Shown one piece after another: positions 7,531 through 17,572 of a DNA stretch of 34,657 nt (the stretch's first letter is position 1; every line of letters begins with the position of its first letter). The notes beneath the pieces were generated by a model, which saw only the letters and a program-made list of their open reading frames with translations, had not been told where the DNA came from and did not search any database. The position numbers were made by a program, and so were the translations under genes. The stretch comes from a virus (lineage: Duplodnaviria > Caudoviricetes): IMG/VR virus record IMGVR_UViG_3300033076_001306, positions 1-34,657 of that record; one strand, written 5' to 3'.

Positions 7531-7703
7531 TTGGTGGCGTGGATGGCTGGGACTCCGGTGAAGGAAATGCCGGCCTTAGCGTCACCATTCCGGTAGAAGA
7601 CGGAGGTGGTGATGGGAGTGCCGGGCTGGAAGGCGCTGCAGGAGTTGAGCAGGTAAGGCACGATGATGCAGATGAGCAGGAGCAGGATCTGGAGGGGTTT
7701 CAT
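7527..7703 (-). CDS. 58-aa lipoprotein (spanin-like candidate)
   Basis: Read manually: MKPLQILLLLICIIVPYLLNS-C lipobox; ATGA-coupled to holin. Confidence 0.7.
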   Translation of the reverse strand: MKPLQILLLLICIIVPYLLNSCSAFQPGTPITTSVFYRNGDAKAGISFTGVPAIHATK

Positions 7704-7921
7704 TTTTCAGGGGTGTCGAGGGCTGTGAGAAAACTTTGGAGGAGGTGGTGGATGACGGCGGCGGCGGAGGGGATGGTGACCAGGAACGCGGCGACTCTTG
7801 GCGGGAAGATGGGAAGGATCCCGGTGAGATCGAGTCCTCCGAGGGTGGCGAGCATGGCCATGACTGCCTTGAGGATCTGAAACCAACGGGCGCGGCAAGT
7901 AAGTGCGTGGAGACGGCTCAT
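7700..7921 (-). CDS. putative holin
   Basis: 73 aa with two hydrophobic segments, upstream of lipoprotein and amidase. Confidence 0.6.
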   Translation of the reverse strand: MSRLHALTCRARWFQILKAVMAMLATLGGLDLTGILPIFPPRVAAFLVTIPSAAAVIHHLLQSFLTALDTPEK

Positions 7922-7958
7922 GGCATCGAAAGGATTGAAGTCTTGGCGGGGCGAGAGA

Positions 7959-9278
7959 TCATGATCCAATGGCTGGTGGGTCGTAGCTGGAAACGACTTC
8001 GCCACCCCATGAGGTGTATCGGTAGGTGCCTCCACCCAGGACGCTGATCGTCATCGCGAGCGTGGTCGCATCGGCAGGAACGTCCATGACTGGCGAGACG
8101 TAAACGCCGGCAGATGGGATTTCGACCGCGTAGGAGGCCCCAGCATCAACACCGGAACGGACCACGCCGACAGTCAGACCGCCGGTGCCATTGACCGAGG
8201 CGAAGGCGTCAACTTGGTAGGCGCAATAGCCGGGCGAAGTCGCCCAATCGGCCTTCCGAACGAATTCCATTTCAAGCCAGAAGCGGACCTTGTTCCCGGC
8301 CCATCCAGCGGGCAGCGCGATGGTGGTCGTGGCCGTGTTGAGCTGCGACGGATCGGTGCGGGCGTTCGGCGAGTGGACGAGCTGCTGCCAAGTCTTGCCA
8401 CTGCTCGCGACTTTCGTCTGCGCGTTGCGGCCGGACGAGAACACGGAGTAGCCGGTGGCCAGCGTGGTGCCACCGGTCATGGTGGGGTTCACCCCCTTGA
8501 GCGCGGCAATGCGCGTTGAGGTCAACGGTTCCGGGCCGAGATTGTAGGTTGTATCAAGCCAGGTGGCGAGCGCGGCACCGAGGACGGAGGCTCCGTAGGT
8601 GTTGAGGTGGGTCCCGTCACCCTGCATGATTCCGGGCAATGGCTCGCCGGTGCTCGGGTTCTGGAGGACGGTGTTTGGGTCGAAGTAAGGCAGGCCCGCG
8701 GCGTTGCACCCGGCGATGATCGCGGCGTTGGCCGATTGCTGTCTGGACCAGTAGCCCGCGCCGCCGGAGGCCGTTGAGGCGCGAGGACCGATCAGCATGA
8801 CGATCGGAACAATTCCAGCGGAACGGAGCGGCGTGATGATCGCGTTGAGACTGGTCCACACGGTTGAGCCGGACGATCCGTTGCCAACGTCGTTGTTGCC
8901 GCAGTAGAGGATCGCGGCGTCTGGAGCGGCGGCCAGCACCTCAGGGACGTGCGTGGCGAGGATCTGAGAGTTGGTGTAGCCGTAGGTGGCGAACTCGTAG
9001 GTGTTTGCGGTCGGGCAGCGCACGGCCATGAGGCGCTGCTTGAGTGCCGCGCATGCCCAAGTGCTAAATCCATGGCCGGTAAAATAGCGGTTGGTGCCTG
9101 CCAGTGTCGTCGGCGAAAATCCCTGCTCTACACTCGATGAGCCGACGAAGGCAACGGAGCGGATGGGTGAAGAAACATCGGCCGCGCTGAAAATTCCGCC
9201 CACGCCGAGAATGCCGCGGCGGGGTTTGATGATCCCGCCACCGCTGAAAATTCCGCCTTCACCGATGATTCCGATCAT
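7959..9278 (-). CDS. SGNH/GDSL hydrolase-domain protein (tail-associated esterase candidate)
   Basis: Blocks FVGSSS, YGYT, YCGNND, GDGTH; C-terminal beta-rich domain; start MIGIIG overlaps the upstream TAA. Confidence 0.8.
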   Translation of the reverse strand: MIGIIGEGGIFSGGGIIKPRRGILGVGGIFSAADVSSPIRSVAFVGSSSVEQGFSPTTLAGTNRYFTGHGFSTWACAALKQRLMAVRCPTANTYEFATYGYTNSQILATHVPEVLAAAPDAAILYCGNNDVGNGSSGSTVWTSLNAIITPLRSAGIVPIVMLIGPRASTASGGAGYWSRQQSANAAIIAGCNAAGLPYFDPNTVLQNPSTGEPLPGIMQGDGTHLNTYGASVLGAALATWLDTTYNLGPEPLTSTRIAALKGVNPTMTGGTTLATGYSVFSSGRNAQTKVASSGKTWQQLVHSPNARTDPSQLNTATTTIALPAGWAGNKVRFWLEMEFVRKADWATSPGYCAYQVDAFASVNGTGGLTVGVVRSGVDAGASYAVEIPSAGVYVSPVMDVPADATTLAMTISVLGGGTYRYTSWGGEVVSSYDPPAIGS

Positions 9279-9571
9279 TATTTGACGGGGACGAAGGTGA
9301 CGTAAACAGGATTTCCGGAGGTGATGGAGGCGCAGTTGATGCGGATGGAACTGCTTGGCGCGATCAAGCGGCATTCCGTGGTGCCATCCGCAAATGGCAC
9401 TTCGCCGTTGTTGATCGACCGATATGCGTTCTGACCTTGGTCCAGGTAGGAAAGGAAGAGCACAAACGCATCGTCCGAGCTGAACGATGCGAGATATTCC
9501 TGGCCCGGGATAGTCGCGACATCATAGTCACCGGTGGACGTGATCGGATTGTTTCCAGCAAGTACAGCCAT
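9278..9571 (-). CDS. small beta-rich virion/tail protein
   Basis: 97-aa ORF coupled (TAATG) to the SGNH gene and downstream of a late motif. Confidence 0.65.
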   Translation of the reverse strand: MAVLAGNNPITSTGDYDVATIPGQEYLASFSSDDAFVLFLSYLDQGQNAYRSINNGEVPFADGTTECRLIAPSSSIRINCASITSGNPVYVTFVPVK

Positions 9572-9577
9572 GCCATC

Positions 9578-9621
9578 AGCGTGGCATGGGGAAATGGCAT
9601 GCGGAATTGAACAAGTGGCGA
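9578..9621 (-). promoter_or_regulatory. late promoter motif copy 1
   Basis: TTGAACAAGTGGCGA at 9607-9621 (+); minus-strand CACGCT 23 nt away and 6 nt before ATG. Confidence 0.65.
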
Positions 9622-9631
9622 GAAACGGCCG

Positions 9632-12600
9632 TCAGTTGGCGGCGTTTTTCAGGAGGTTGTAGAGGTCCCGGACAAGGTGGGAAATCGAGGTGGAAGCGGC
9701 CATGGAGTCGCTGCCGGGGGACAGGAAGGTGAGGATCAACTCGGCGTCTTTCATCAGGTTGTCGACGTCTCCCTTGGCCAAGTGGTCGTCCATGCGGTCG
9801 TAGCGCTGGGCAAGCTGGCGGCCGGCGGAGAGGAGCGATCCATCCGTCTGCCATTGATCGAACGCGGCATTGATCGAGGACTCGATCTCCTTGCCAAGGA
9901 TCGGGATGCCTTGGAGCGGTCCGGTGAGGGTCTGGAGGGCCAGCTTGCGCGGGTCCCAGTTGCGTTCATCGAAAAACTCGTCGTCGCCATCGTCGCGCAT
10001 GTCGCGGAGGGCGGCGCGGATGACTGCGGCGAGGGCTCCGCCGACTCCCCAGGTGATGGCCACGGCCTTGAGCTTTTCAGCGGTGGGTTTCTCGGCGAGG
10101 GCGTAGGCGGTGATGGCGAACTTCTGGCGGGCTTCCGAAGCGAAGGCCCACATCAGGCGCGCGGCGGGGCTGGTGGCGGTGAGTTCGTAGAGCGATCGAG
10201 CTCCGGGGCGGACGGGCTGGGCCACGCGATCGGTGCCACGCTCTGCGGCTTCGTGCGCGTAGTCCTCGGCCGCCTTGCCGGTGAGGCCTGACTTGGTGGC
10301 CTGGGCAAGCTGGTAGTCGTAGATGATCGCGTAGGTGCCGGCGGTGAACAGGGCGTCGGCCCCGTTGATCGTTTCGCCCATCTGGCGGACCAGGAACTTC
10401 AGGCGTGAGGGCTTGGAGGATGCCAGGCCTTCGAGCGACTGCCGGACCATGGGCGGCATTTCTTTGAGGCGGCGCTGGATGTAGTCCGACTGGTAGGCGG
10501 CTTTCCAGTTGGCTTGGCCGGTGGTGAGTTTGGCGAAGCGCTTCACGAACGAGGCGATCGGCATTTCGTAGGCGGCGGCGCCAAGCTGGAGGGATTGGAT
10601 GGCGAGGACGGAAACGCGACCGACGAGCGCGGCCTGGGAGGCACGGCCGAGGGCACGGGAGAACCAGCCATTGATCGCCAGGTGGGCGGCGGCATCGCGG
10701 ACTCCTCCCTGCGCGAAGTAGTCGATCCAGGCGCGGAGGATGTTCTTGGCCTCCTTGCCGGCGGCGGCCTCGATGCTGTTTCCGACTTCGCGGTTGTTGA
10801 GGAGGTTCATGGCCTCCGTGGCGAAGGGAGTGTACGCCATCCAGTGTTCCATCTGCTTGGTGTGCGCGATGAACGTCTGGAGGGCATCGGTGAAGCGGGG
10901 TTCGGCCACGGCGGTCTGCGAGCGCGTGCGAAGGCTGCCGGGCGTGAGGGATGCACCGGTCATGGTTGAGCCGGTCACCGGGTCCATCATCTGGCCAGCC
11001 GCGGCGGCCACGGGTGCCACGGTGATCGGGGAATAGAACTTGTGGCGCGGGAGGTTCACTCCGTAGAGCGACTGGAACACGGCGTTGAGGCGGTCATACT
11101 CCTGAGCGTATTCCTCCATGAGGTGGAGACGGACGGCCTTGGCGGTGCTGGAGAGCTGGGCCTCGATCGCGTCGATGTCCTGCTGTCGCCAGTGCCAATC
11201 TCCGTTCGGGGTGTTGGTCTCCTCGGAAAAGTGTCCCTCCATGTGGCGCTTTCCGTCCTCCTGCATCCACATGAGGGTGGCGGAAATGGCTTCCAGTTGG
11301 GAGAAGGTCTGGGTGCGGCCCTTGAAGTCCTTCACGGTGATGGCTCCGGGTTGGGCAAGGTCCCATCGAAGTTGTTCGCCTTTGAATTTCCCCTGGGCAA
11401 GGTCGGCGAAAAGCTCGTCGAGCGCGTCCATTTTCGCGTGGATGGCGTCGTGCTTGGCGCTGGCGGCGCGGCGTTCCCAGTCGGCCAGCATTTTCCCGAC
11501 CGGTGAATCCTGCCCGAAAGTCTTCTGGAGGACCTGCTCGAAGGAATAGAGGGAGAGGAGCGTCTGCTTGGCGCGGCCGATCTTGGTCCCGCTGTCCTTG
11601 ATTTCCCGGGTGAGGCGTTCCATGCGCTCGCCGGCCTTGCCGGTGTCGGCACGGAGGGAGTCGCGCGACTTGGCGCGGTCCTCGCGCTTGGCGGAAAGCT
11701 GGCGCTGGAAGGCGGCGTAGCCATTGGAGTAGATCCGGGTGGCTTCGAGGAGGGCGGCTTCGCGTCGGGCGGCGTCTGCCTTCCCCCAGTTCCCGGCGAG
11801 GGCGATCAGTCCGGCCTGCTGGAGGAGATGGGCTTGCTGCTCCGGGGTGGTGTCAACGTGGTTGGCCAGGTTGTCGAGGCGTTCCACCTCGGCCTCCACC
11901 TCCTGGGCGGTGAAGGTCATGGAATCCTCCACGGCGCGGAAGAGGTCGTGGATGTCGGCGCCGACTTTCCCGCGGGGCTTTTCACCGGCTTCCTTTTTCA
12001 GCGGGCGGGCCTGGTCGAGGAGCTTGCGGAACTCGGCGTCATACTGCCGGCGCATCCATCCCTCCAGCTCGGTGTCGGCCTTGGCCAGTTTCTCCTTGAG
12101 GAATGCCAGGCGGGTTTCCTCGCTGCCGAGGGAGGCGAGGGCGGTGTAGCCTCCGATGCGGCCGCGAACGTCGGCCGGGATGGCGGTGAGGATGGCGTCG
12201 AGACCGGCCAGGGCGCGGAGGATTTCCTGCTTGGGGGAATAGGCGGTGGCCTGCGTCTCGGTCTGGGAGGCGAGCCAGGCGTTGGTTTCCTCCCGGGCGA
12301 TCGTGCGGGCGGCTTTGATGTCGGCCTCGGCCTTGGCCATGGCTTCCTTCATGGTGGCGACGGAAGCCTGCTCCTGTTTGAGCTTTTCCCAGAGCGCATC
12401 CGGGGTCGGTTCGGAAATCAGGTTGGCGCTGTAGGCTTCCTGAGCTGCCTCAGATGGAAGGAGCTTCCCGCCGAAAACAGTGGGGGACACGCCATCGACT
12501 GCGTCATAGCCTCCGTAGGATGTTTCCCGGAATAGGTCCGGGTGTTGTTTCATGGCGGCGGCCTTTGACATGAGGCGGCCGTGCAGGTGGTCGACGGTGC

Positions 12601-15600
12601 CGTCGCGCTTGGTCACCGCCAGGAGTTCGTGAAGCGGGCGGGATTTGAGGGTGGTGAGATCGTTGGTCGAGAGGATTCCGTAGTGGCGGGCGTAGGCATC
12701 GCGCTCGAGCTCGTCGGCACGCTGGGCCTCGCGCATGGCGGCTTCCTTCTGGAGGGATTTCCGGAGGCGCTTGGATCCGGCGAGGAGTTCCACGCGCTCG
12801 GCGGCCAGGCGGAGCTCGTTGAAGTTCTTGGAAATCTTCGCCATCGCCTGCGCGCGGCGGATGGGGTCCTTCACGCGGGCAAGGGCATCACCCATCAAAG
12901 CGGCATTGCGCTCGCTGGGGGCGAGGGAGTAGGCGAAACGGTCGTCGGCTGGGTTGAAGCGACGGGAAAGCGGGATGACATTTCCGGCTTGATCGCGGGT
13001 GATTGCGGCGGCGGATTTGATCTGGGAGGGGTCAAAGATTGCCATTTCTTCCACGATGCCGTCGTCGTTCATGTCTAGGAAAAGGGCATCGATCGGCTGC
13101 GATGGGTTTGGAGCGGTGACTTTGTTTCCTGCTTTGGTGAGGGGATTGTCGGCGCGGAGGTAAGCGGAGTATTGGTGATTTCCGTATTCCTTGTAATCGA
13201 TCTGGGAGGTGGCGAAAAATGTGCCGGCGCGGAAGTTCATGTATCCAGGCTGAATGCCTGCGGCTTTTCGTTCCCTCCACTGCTTCAGGAGGGTTTTGAC
13301 GTCTTCGAGGCTTTTGTCGCCATTGAGAATATCCCGTGCAAATGGAAGGAACGATTCAATGTTGGAGGCCGGGGAGTTGTGAAACACTGGTCCGATTGTG
13401 TAGCCTGCGGCCTTGGCTGCTTCATCGACCATGGCCTGCGCGGTCTCCATGTCGCCAGCCTTCACGGCGGCGAGGTAGTCGGCATCTTGCTGGGGGGAGA
13501 TTGAGAAAGCGGTTTCAAGGTCGACGGGCTTTCCGTTCTCCTCGGTGATCTGGATCTTGGACTCGTCGAAAATGACGTAGTTGTAGGAGCCGGTGCCGCT
13601 GTCGCGGCTGTTGCGATCAAGATAGCGGATGCCGGGGATGCCAATTTTCCAAAGTTCATAGGAAGCCGATTTGGCGGCTGAGTCTGAGATTCCCCACGGG
13701 CGTAATCCAAAGCGAAAATAGAGCCAGGCACCCGACGCTTGTTGGAGTTTTTCAACACTGTATCCTGAATCTGAAATGAATTTTTCAGAAAGGAATGGTG
13801 TAATGGCTTGGCGGATCTTTTCCGGCTGTTCCGAAAGCGGTTTGTCCCAGTCCAGCAGGTCCTCGTTGTTCACGTCGAGGGTGACGGTGTAGAGGTTGCC
13901 CAGCCAAGGTTTGAGATCCTTGAGGGTAGCCTCGAAAGATTGGTCAGGAAATGCGGATTGAAAGAGAGGGCGGGCTTGGTCTTCTGTCCGATGGCGCAGA
14001 AGCGTAGCCAGTCCATTGAGTGGCCCGTCTGGAATGTCTTGGCGGTTGCTGGATCGATAGGTGTTGGCGACGTCTTCCTGTTTGGCAAAGTAGAGCCCCC
14101 ATCCATAGGCCTGTTGGCCTTCCCCGGTGCCGATTTTGTCGAGGCTGAAGCGGTCCACCTTGTGCGGGGTTCCGTGGAAAGCCTTGATTGAGAACGAAAC
14201 CCCGGTGTCGGTGGCTGGAGTCTTTTCTCCGAAGTATCCAAATTCTGCCAGGTCATCCATGGCCCAGCGAACGTCCGAGGCTTTGGCCTGCGATTGCCAT
14301 ACCTTAAATTTCTCGGGATCTTGGGAATCGGCATGGGTGCGGGCGTATTCCTTGGAAAGGGAAACCCAGTCACCGGGATTCATTTCGGGAGCTGGTCCAG
14401 CTCGGAAGATGGTGAGGATGCCGTCTGGATTTCCTCGAACTTTCCGGAGTTGGGCCATGGTTTCGCGGATGATTTTTGCATCCATTCCGGAGTACCATTC
14501 CGGATGGTCGTAAACATCGGCTGGCATCAGGTCGTTTTCGGCCAGGTCAAAAGCCCGTGGTCCATCCTCAGAAGGGCGATGGGAAATGCCATAGTCTGGC
14601 GCGATCGAGAACGCGGCCGGACCGATCAGGGTCTTGCCGTCGGTGGTGTCGAAGGACCTTGTTGCCGGCGTCGGGAAAATGGTCGTGCGGCCGATCGAAA
14701 ACGGATCGCCTGCGCCGATGGCGTCCACGTTTTCCCCGGAGTAGTCGGTGCCGAGGAGCTCGGCGGTTTGCTTGGCGACTTCCTGGTTGTGCTGGTCCTG
14801 CTCGGTGGTGCCGAGGAGCTTGGCGAGGTAGGAATCGAGGGTGGAGGCGTCGAACTTGCCTTCACGCTCGGCCTTCTTCAGGGCGAGGGCACGGGAGAGG
14901 GAGAGGCCGAAGTGGGCACGGATGGCGTCCATGAAAGCCTTGAAGGTGTTGGCGGTCTTCTGTCCGACAATGCGGCCGATGGCGGTGAGGTTCCGGGTGA
15001 CGATGCCGGAAGGGGCGAGCTTGGTTTTCGAGCTGCTGCCGGTGCGACTGCGGAGGATCTCCATTTCGCCGACGTGGGAAATGGCCTCGTCGAGCATGGT
15101 GGCGGTGATCTGGTCGTCGGTGATTCCCTCCGGGAGAAAGCGGAGTTTTTCCGTGCGGCCGTTGGCGTCCATCTTGGTGGCCTTGCCTGCCAGGATAGTG
15201 TCTAGGGCGCGGAGGATGGCGATGTCGTCGGCACGGGTGAGACGGCCGGCGGCATGGGCTTCCCTGCGGAATCCGTGGAAGGCTTCGTGGAAAACGTCGG
15301 TCACGGTGGATCCGCGATAAAGGTCATTGATGGTACGGCGGAGGTTTCCAGCGATCTCGGTGGAGGATTTCCCGAGGATGGAATAGGCCATTTCCCCGGT
15401 GCCTCCGGCCATGCGTTCCTTGAGTGCAACCTGCTCGGCGTAGCGGGTGGCCTGCGCGGGGTCCTCAGCGGCCGCGATGGTTTCCGTCATGCCGGTCATC
15501 AGGGACAGGCGGGTGACTGTCTCATTGCTTCCCTGGTCGAGCTTCGAGACGGCATCGGCGGACTCCATCATGCTGGCCATGTAGGCCACGCGATCGGCGT

Positions 15601-17563
15601 CCAGGTCGTCCATGGTGGCGCTGTGGGTCTTGGCAAGGCGGAAGGCCTCGCTGGAGGTCGGGGCGGTGCCCACAAGCTCGCCGGTCTCGCCATCGAGGAC
15701 GGACCAACCGGAGGCGCTGCGCTGGAGCGTGGGGAGGACTCCGGAGCGCATGGCCTCCTGCTGCAGGGCGGAATCCTGCGCGAGGGCCTCCACGGCAGCC
15801 TTGGCGCTGTCGCTGCGGGGATCGAGCCGGGTGAAAGCGGATTCGATGGCGGCGATGCCGGAGGCGAGGCCTTTGGTGGCGCCCTCGCGGATCTTGGCGA
15901 GGTCGTCCGGGGAAACTCCGGCGGCGAGGATCTCGTTGTCGGTGGCCTGGGCGAAGGCCTTCACGCGGGCATCGGCTGAGATTCCGCCGGCGGCGCCGAA
16001 CATGGCCAGCGGCAGCATGGTGACGAACATCTCCGCGTTGTCGGCCCAGTAGCCATCCAGGACTCCGCCCGTGCCGGACCACTGGACGTCCGGGATGTCG
16101 GAGTCGAGCGCGTGGGCGATGTCCTGCACGGCGGAGGGGACCAGGTCCTGAGACTTTTCGAGGACGGCTTCCTCCGCGGCGCCGACCACGGCGCGGGCTC
16201 CGAAGCGGGCGGCTCTGTTGGCGATCTTGTCGGACAGGGAAGTGAGGGCTTTCTCGAAGAGCGGGAGCTTGCCGGCGAAGGTCTCGATCTGGAGGCGTTC
16301 CATGAGGACCTGCGGAAGCGCGGCGACGGTGGAAAGCGTGGTCGCCTGTTGGGCGGCCTGCTCGTAGGGCATGCCCTGGTCCTGCAGCTTCTGGCGGAGT
16401 TCCTGATAAATCGACTCCTGACTGGAAAAGTAGAAGGCGGACATTCCGACGCCAGGGATGGCAGCCGCGGCGGAGGTCACGGCGGCACCGGGCGCGGCAT
16501 AGAGGCCTTTTTCCGCGATCTGTCGCCATGATTCATCCGGGGCGAGATACTTCATGGGATCGTAGTCGGCCTGTTGGATCCGCTGCACGTCGGCGCTGAA
16601 GTCGATCATTTCGCGGTCGACCTTGGCATTGGCGATGAATGGAGTCTGTTCCGGGTTTCCGGCGACGGTGGTGTAGTCGGAAAACATCCGGAGGCCATCG
16701 AGGGCGGATTGGCCAAAGCCCTTGATGTCGCGGCCGGATTGCTTGCTGAGATTGGCAAAAAAGGCGGGTTGTTCTTCCGCTGGGAGCGTGCCGGCAAGAA
16801 GTCTGAGCGCGGCCATGAAGCGGGGGCGCGCTTCGGTGGGGGTCTCGAAGTAGGCATTTCGAGCGGCGGTGGTGACGTCTCCTTTGCTCTGAAAGGCGCG
16901 CCAGATGGAATTGAGAGGAGCTTGGAACTCCCGGCGGGCCTCCGTGGCGGCGCGGCGGGTCTGGGTCCATGCCTCGTAGTAGTCGGCCTCCCGGGCTGGA
17001 TCGTAGCCAGGGGCGCGGGCGGCGGATTCTTTCCAAGTGGCAAATGTGGCTTTTCTGGAACCGCCCTCGAAAAAGTCCGTTGATTCAATCAGGTCCGATG
17101 TGGCGGCCTCGGTGATCAGCTTCGAGGTGATTTCCCGGGTGGACTTCCGGCGGGTGGCATCGGCCACGATCTCGGCGTGGAATGCTTCGTCATTCTCACG
17201 GCCTCGGCCTTCGAATAGCTGGTCGGCAAGCTGGGCGCGGAGGAGCTTGCGGGAAAGATCGTCGGGCGGGAGCGGTGCACCGTTGCTGTGGAGGGTGAGG
17301 AAGGCGTCGGTGGTGGCGATCCGGTAGGCGTCCTGCGGGGTGCGGGCAAAGGAAAGGTCCTTGTCCTTGAAGAAGGTCTCGGGCTCGAGCGCGGCCTTGT
17401 CGAGAGTCGCCTGGGATTTCTGGAACCAGTCAAGCTGGTCCTTGTCCTGCTGGCGCTGCTGCACGTCCCAGGGGTTTTCCCCAAAGGCCTGCGCCATGTC
17501 CGGCGGCGCGGATGACTGTGGGATGCCGGTGGTGAGATCGAGCGGAGCGGCGAGGGAATCCAT
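9632..17563 (-). CDS. large polyvalent internal virion (ejected) protein with HExxH motif and three ADP-ribosyltransferase-like modules
   Basis: 2643 aa following internal virion genes; VFHEAFHG; FHGT..GTGEG..YGWGLYFA; IFRAG..GDWVSLS..EFGY; VFHNS..GTFFA..IFDPSQIKS. Confidence 0.8.
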   Translation of the reverse strand: MDSLAAPLDLTTGIPQSSAPPDMAQAFGENPWDVQQRQQDKDQLDWFQKSQATLDKAALEPETFFKDKDLSFARTPQDAYRIATTDAFLTLHSNGAPLPPDDLSRKLLRAQLADQLFEGRGRENDEAFHAEIVADATRRKSTREITSKLITEAATSDLIESTDFFEGGSRKATFATWKESAARAPGYDPAREADYYEAWTQTRRAATEARREFQAPLNSIWRAFQSKGDVTTAARNAYFETPTEARPRFMAALRLLAGTLPAEEQPAFFANLSKQSGRDIKGFGQSALDGLRMFSDYTTVAGNPEQTPFIANAKVDREMIDFSADVQRIQQADYDPMKYLAPDESWRQIAEKGLYAAPGAAVTSAAAAIPGVGMSAFYFSSQESIYQELRQKLQDQGMPYEQAAQQATTLSTVAALPQVLMERLQIETFAGKLPLFEKALTSLSDKIANRAARFGARAVVGAAEEAVLEKSQDLVPSAVQDIAHALDSDIPDVQWSGTGGVLDGYWADNAEMFVTMLPLAMFGAAGGISADARVKAFAQATDNEILAAGVSPDDLAKIREGATKGLASGIAAIESAFTRLDPRSDSAKAAVEALAQDSALQQEAMRSGVLPTLQRSASGWSVLDGETGELVGTAPTSSEAFRLAKTHSATMDDLDADRVAYMASMMESADAVSKLDQGSNETVTRLSLMTGMTETIAAAEDPAQATRYAEQVALKERMAGGTGEMAYSILGKSSTEIAGNLRRTINDLYRGSTVTDVFHEAFHGFRREAHAAGRLTRADDIAILRALDTILAGKATKMDANGRTEKLRFLPEGITDDQITATMLDEAISHVGEMEILRSRTGSSSKTKLAPSGIVTRNLTAIGRIVGQKTANTFKAFMDAIRAHFGLSLSRALALKKAEREGKFDASTLDSYLAKLLGTTEQDQHNQEVAKQTAELLGTDYSGENVDAIGAGDPFSIGRTTIFPTPATRSFDTTDGKTLIGPAAFSIAPDYGISHRPSEDGPRAFDLAENDLMPADVYDHPEWYSGMDAKIIRETMAQLRKVRGNPDGILTIFRAGPAPEMNPGDWVSLSKEYARTHADSQDPEKFKVWQSQAKASDVRWAMDDLAEFGYFGEKTPATDTGVSFSIKAFHGTPHKVDRFSLDKIGTGEGQQAYGWGLYFAKQEDVANTYRSSNRQDIPDGPLNGLATLLRHRTEDQARPLFQSAFPDQSFEATLKDLKPWLGNLYTVTLDVNNEDLLDWDKPLSEQPEKIRQAITPFLSEKFISDSGYSVEKLQQASGAWLYFRFGLRPWGISDSAAKSASYELWKIGIPGIRYLDRNSRDSGTGSYNYVIFDESKIQITEENGKPVDLETAFSISPQQDADYLAAVKAGDMETAQAMVDEAAKAAGYTIGPVFHNSPASNIESFLPFARDILNGDKSLEDVKTLLKQWRERKAAGIQPGYMNFRAGTFFATSQIDYKEYGNHQYSAYLRADNPLTKAGNKVTAPNPSQPIDALFLDMNDDGIVEEMAIFDPSQIKSAAAITRDQAGNVIPLSRRFNPADDRFAYSLAPSERNAALMGDALARVKDPIRRAQAMAKISKNFNELRLAAERVELLAGSKRLRKSLQKEAAMREAQRADELERDAYARHYGILSTNDLTTLKSRPLHELLAVTKRDGTVDHLHGRLMSKAAAMKQHPDLFRETSYGGYDAVDGVSPTVFGGKLLPSEAAQEAYSANLISEPTPDALWEKLKQEQASVATMKEAMAKAEADIKAARTIAREETNAWLASQTETQATAYSPKQEILRALAGLDAILTAIPADVRGRIGGYTALASLGSEETRLAFLKEKLAKADTELEGWMRRQYDAEFRKLLDQARPLKKEAGEKPRGKVGADIHDLFRAVEDSMTFTAQEVEAEVERLDNLANHVDTTPEQQAHLLQQAGLIALAGNWGKADAARREAALLEATRIYSNGYAAFQRQLSAKREDRAKSRDSLRADTGKAGERMERLTREIKDSGTKIGRAKQTLLSLYSFEQVLQKTFGQDSPVGKMLADWERRAASAKHDAIHAKMDALDELFADLAQGKFKGEQLRWDLAQPGAITVKDFKGRTQTFSQLEAISATLMWMQEDGKRHMEGHFSEETNTPNGDWHWRQQDIDAIEAQLSSTAKAVRLHLMEEYAQEYDRLNAVFQSLYGVNLPRHKFYSPITVAPVAAAAGQMMDPVTGSTMTGASLTPGSLRTRSQTAVAEPRFTDALQTFIAHTKQMEHWMAYTPFATEAMNLLNNREVGNSIEAAAGKEAKNILRAWIDYFAQGGVRDAAAHLAINGWFSRALGRASQAALVGRVSVLAIQSLQLGAAAYEMPIASFVKRFAKLTTGQANWKAAYQSDYIQRRLKEMPPMVRQSLEGLASSKPSRLKFLVRQMGETINGADALFTAGTYAIIYDYQLAQATKSGLTGKAAEDYAHEAAERGTDRVAQPVRPGARSLYELTATSPAARLMWAFASEARQKFAITAYALAEKPTAEKLKAVAITWGVGGALAAVIRAALRDMRDDGDDEFFDERNWDPRKLALQTLTGPLQGIPILGKEIESSINAAFDQWQTDGSLLSAGRQLAQRYDRMDDHLAKGDVDNLMKDAELILTFLSPGSDSMAASTSISHLVRDLYNLLKNAAN

Positions 17564-17572
17564 GCAGGGGGG

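Noticed and set aside
7935-7949. Sixth late motif (TTGAAGTCTTGGCGG) before the holin, and a partial match near 32321
   Set aside because: Degenerate core and wrong distance to a -10-like hexamer or start codon
7959-9571. BPP-1-type diversity-generating retroelement
   Set aside because: No reverse transcriptase or TR/VR repeat pair visible in this window
9607-9621. TTGAAC late motifs as attC half-sites
   Set aside because: No complementary arm or GTT partner; constant spacing to gene starts fits promoters better
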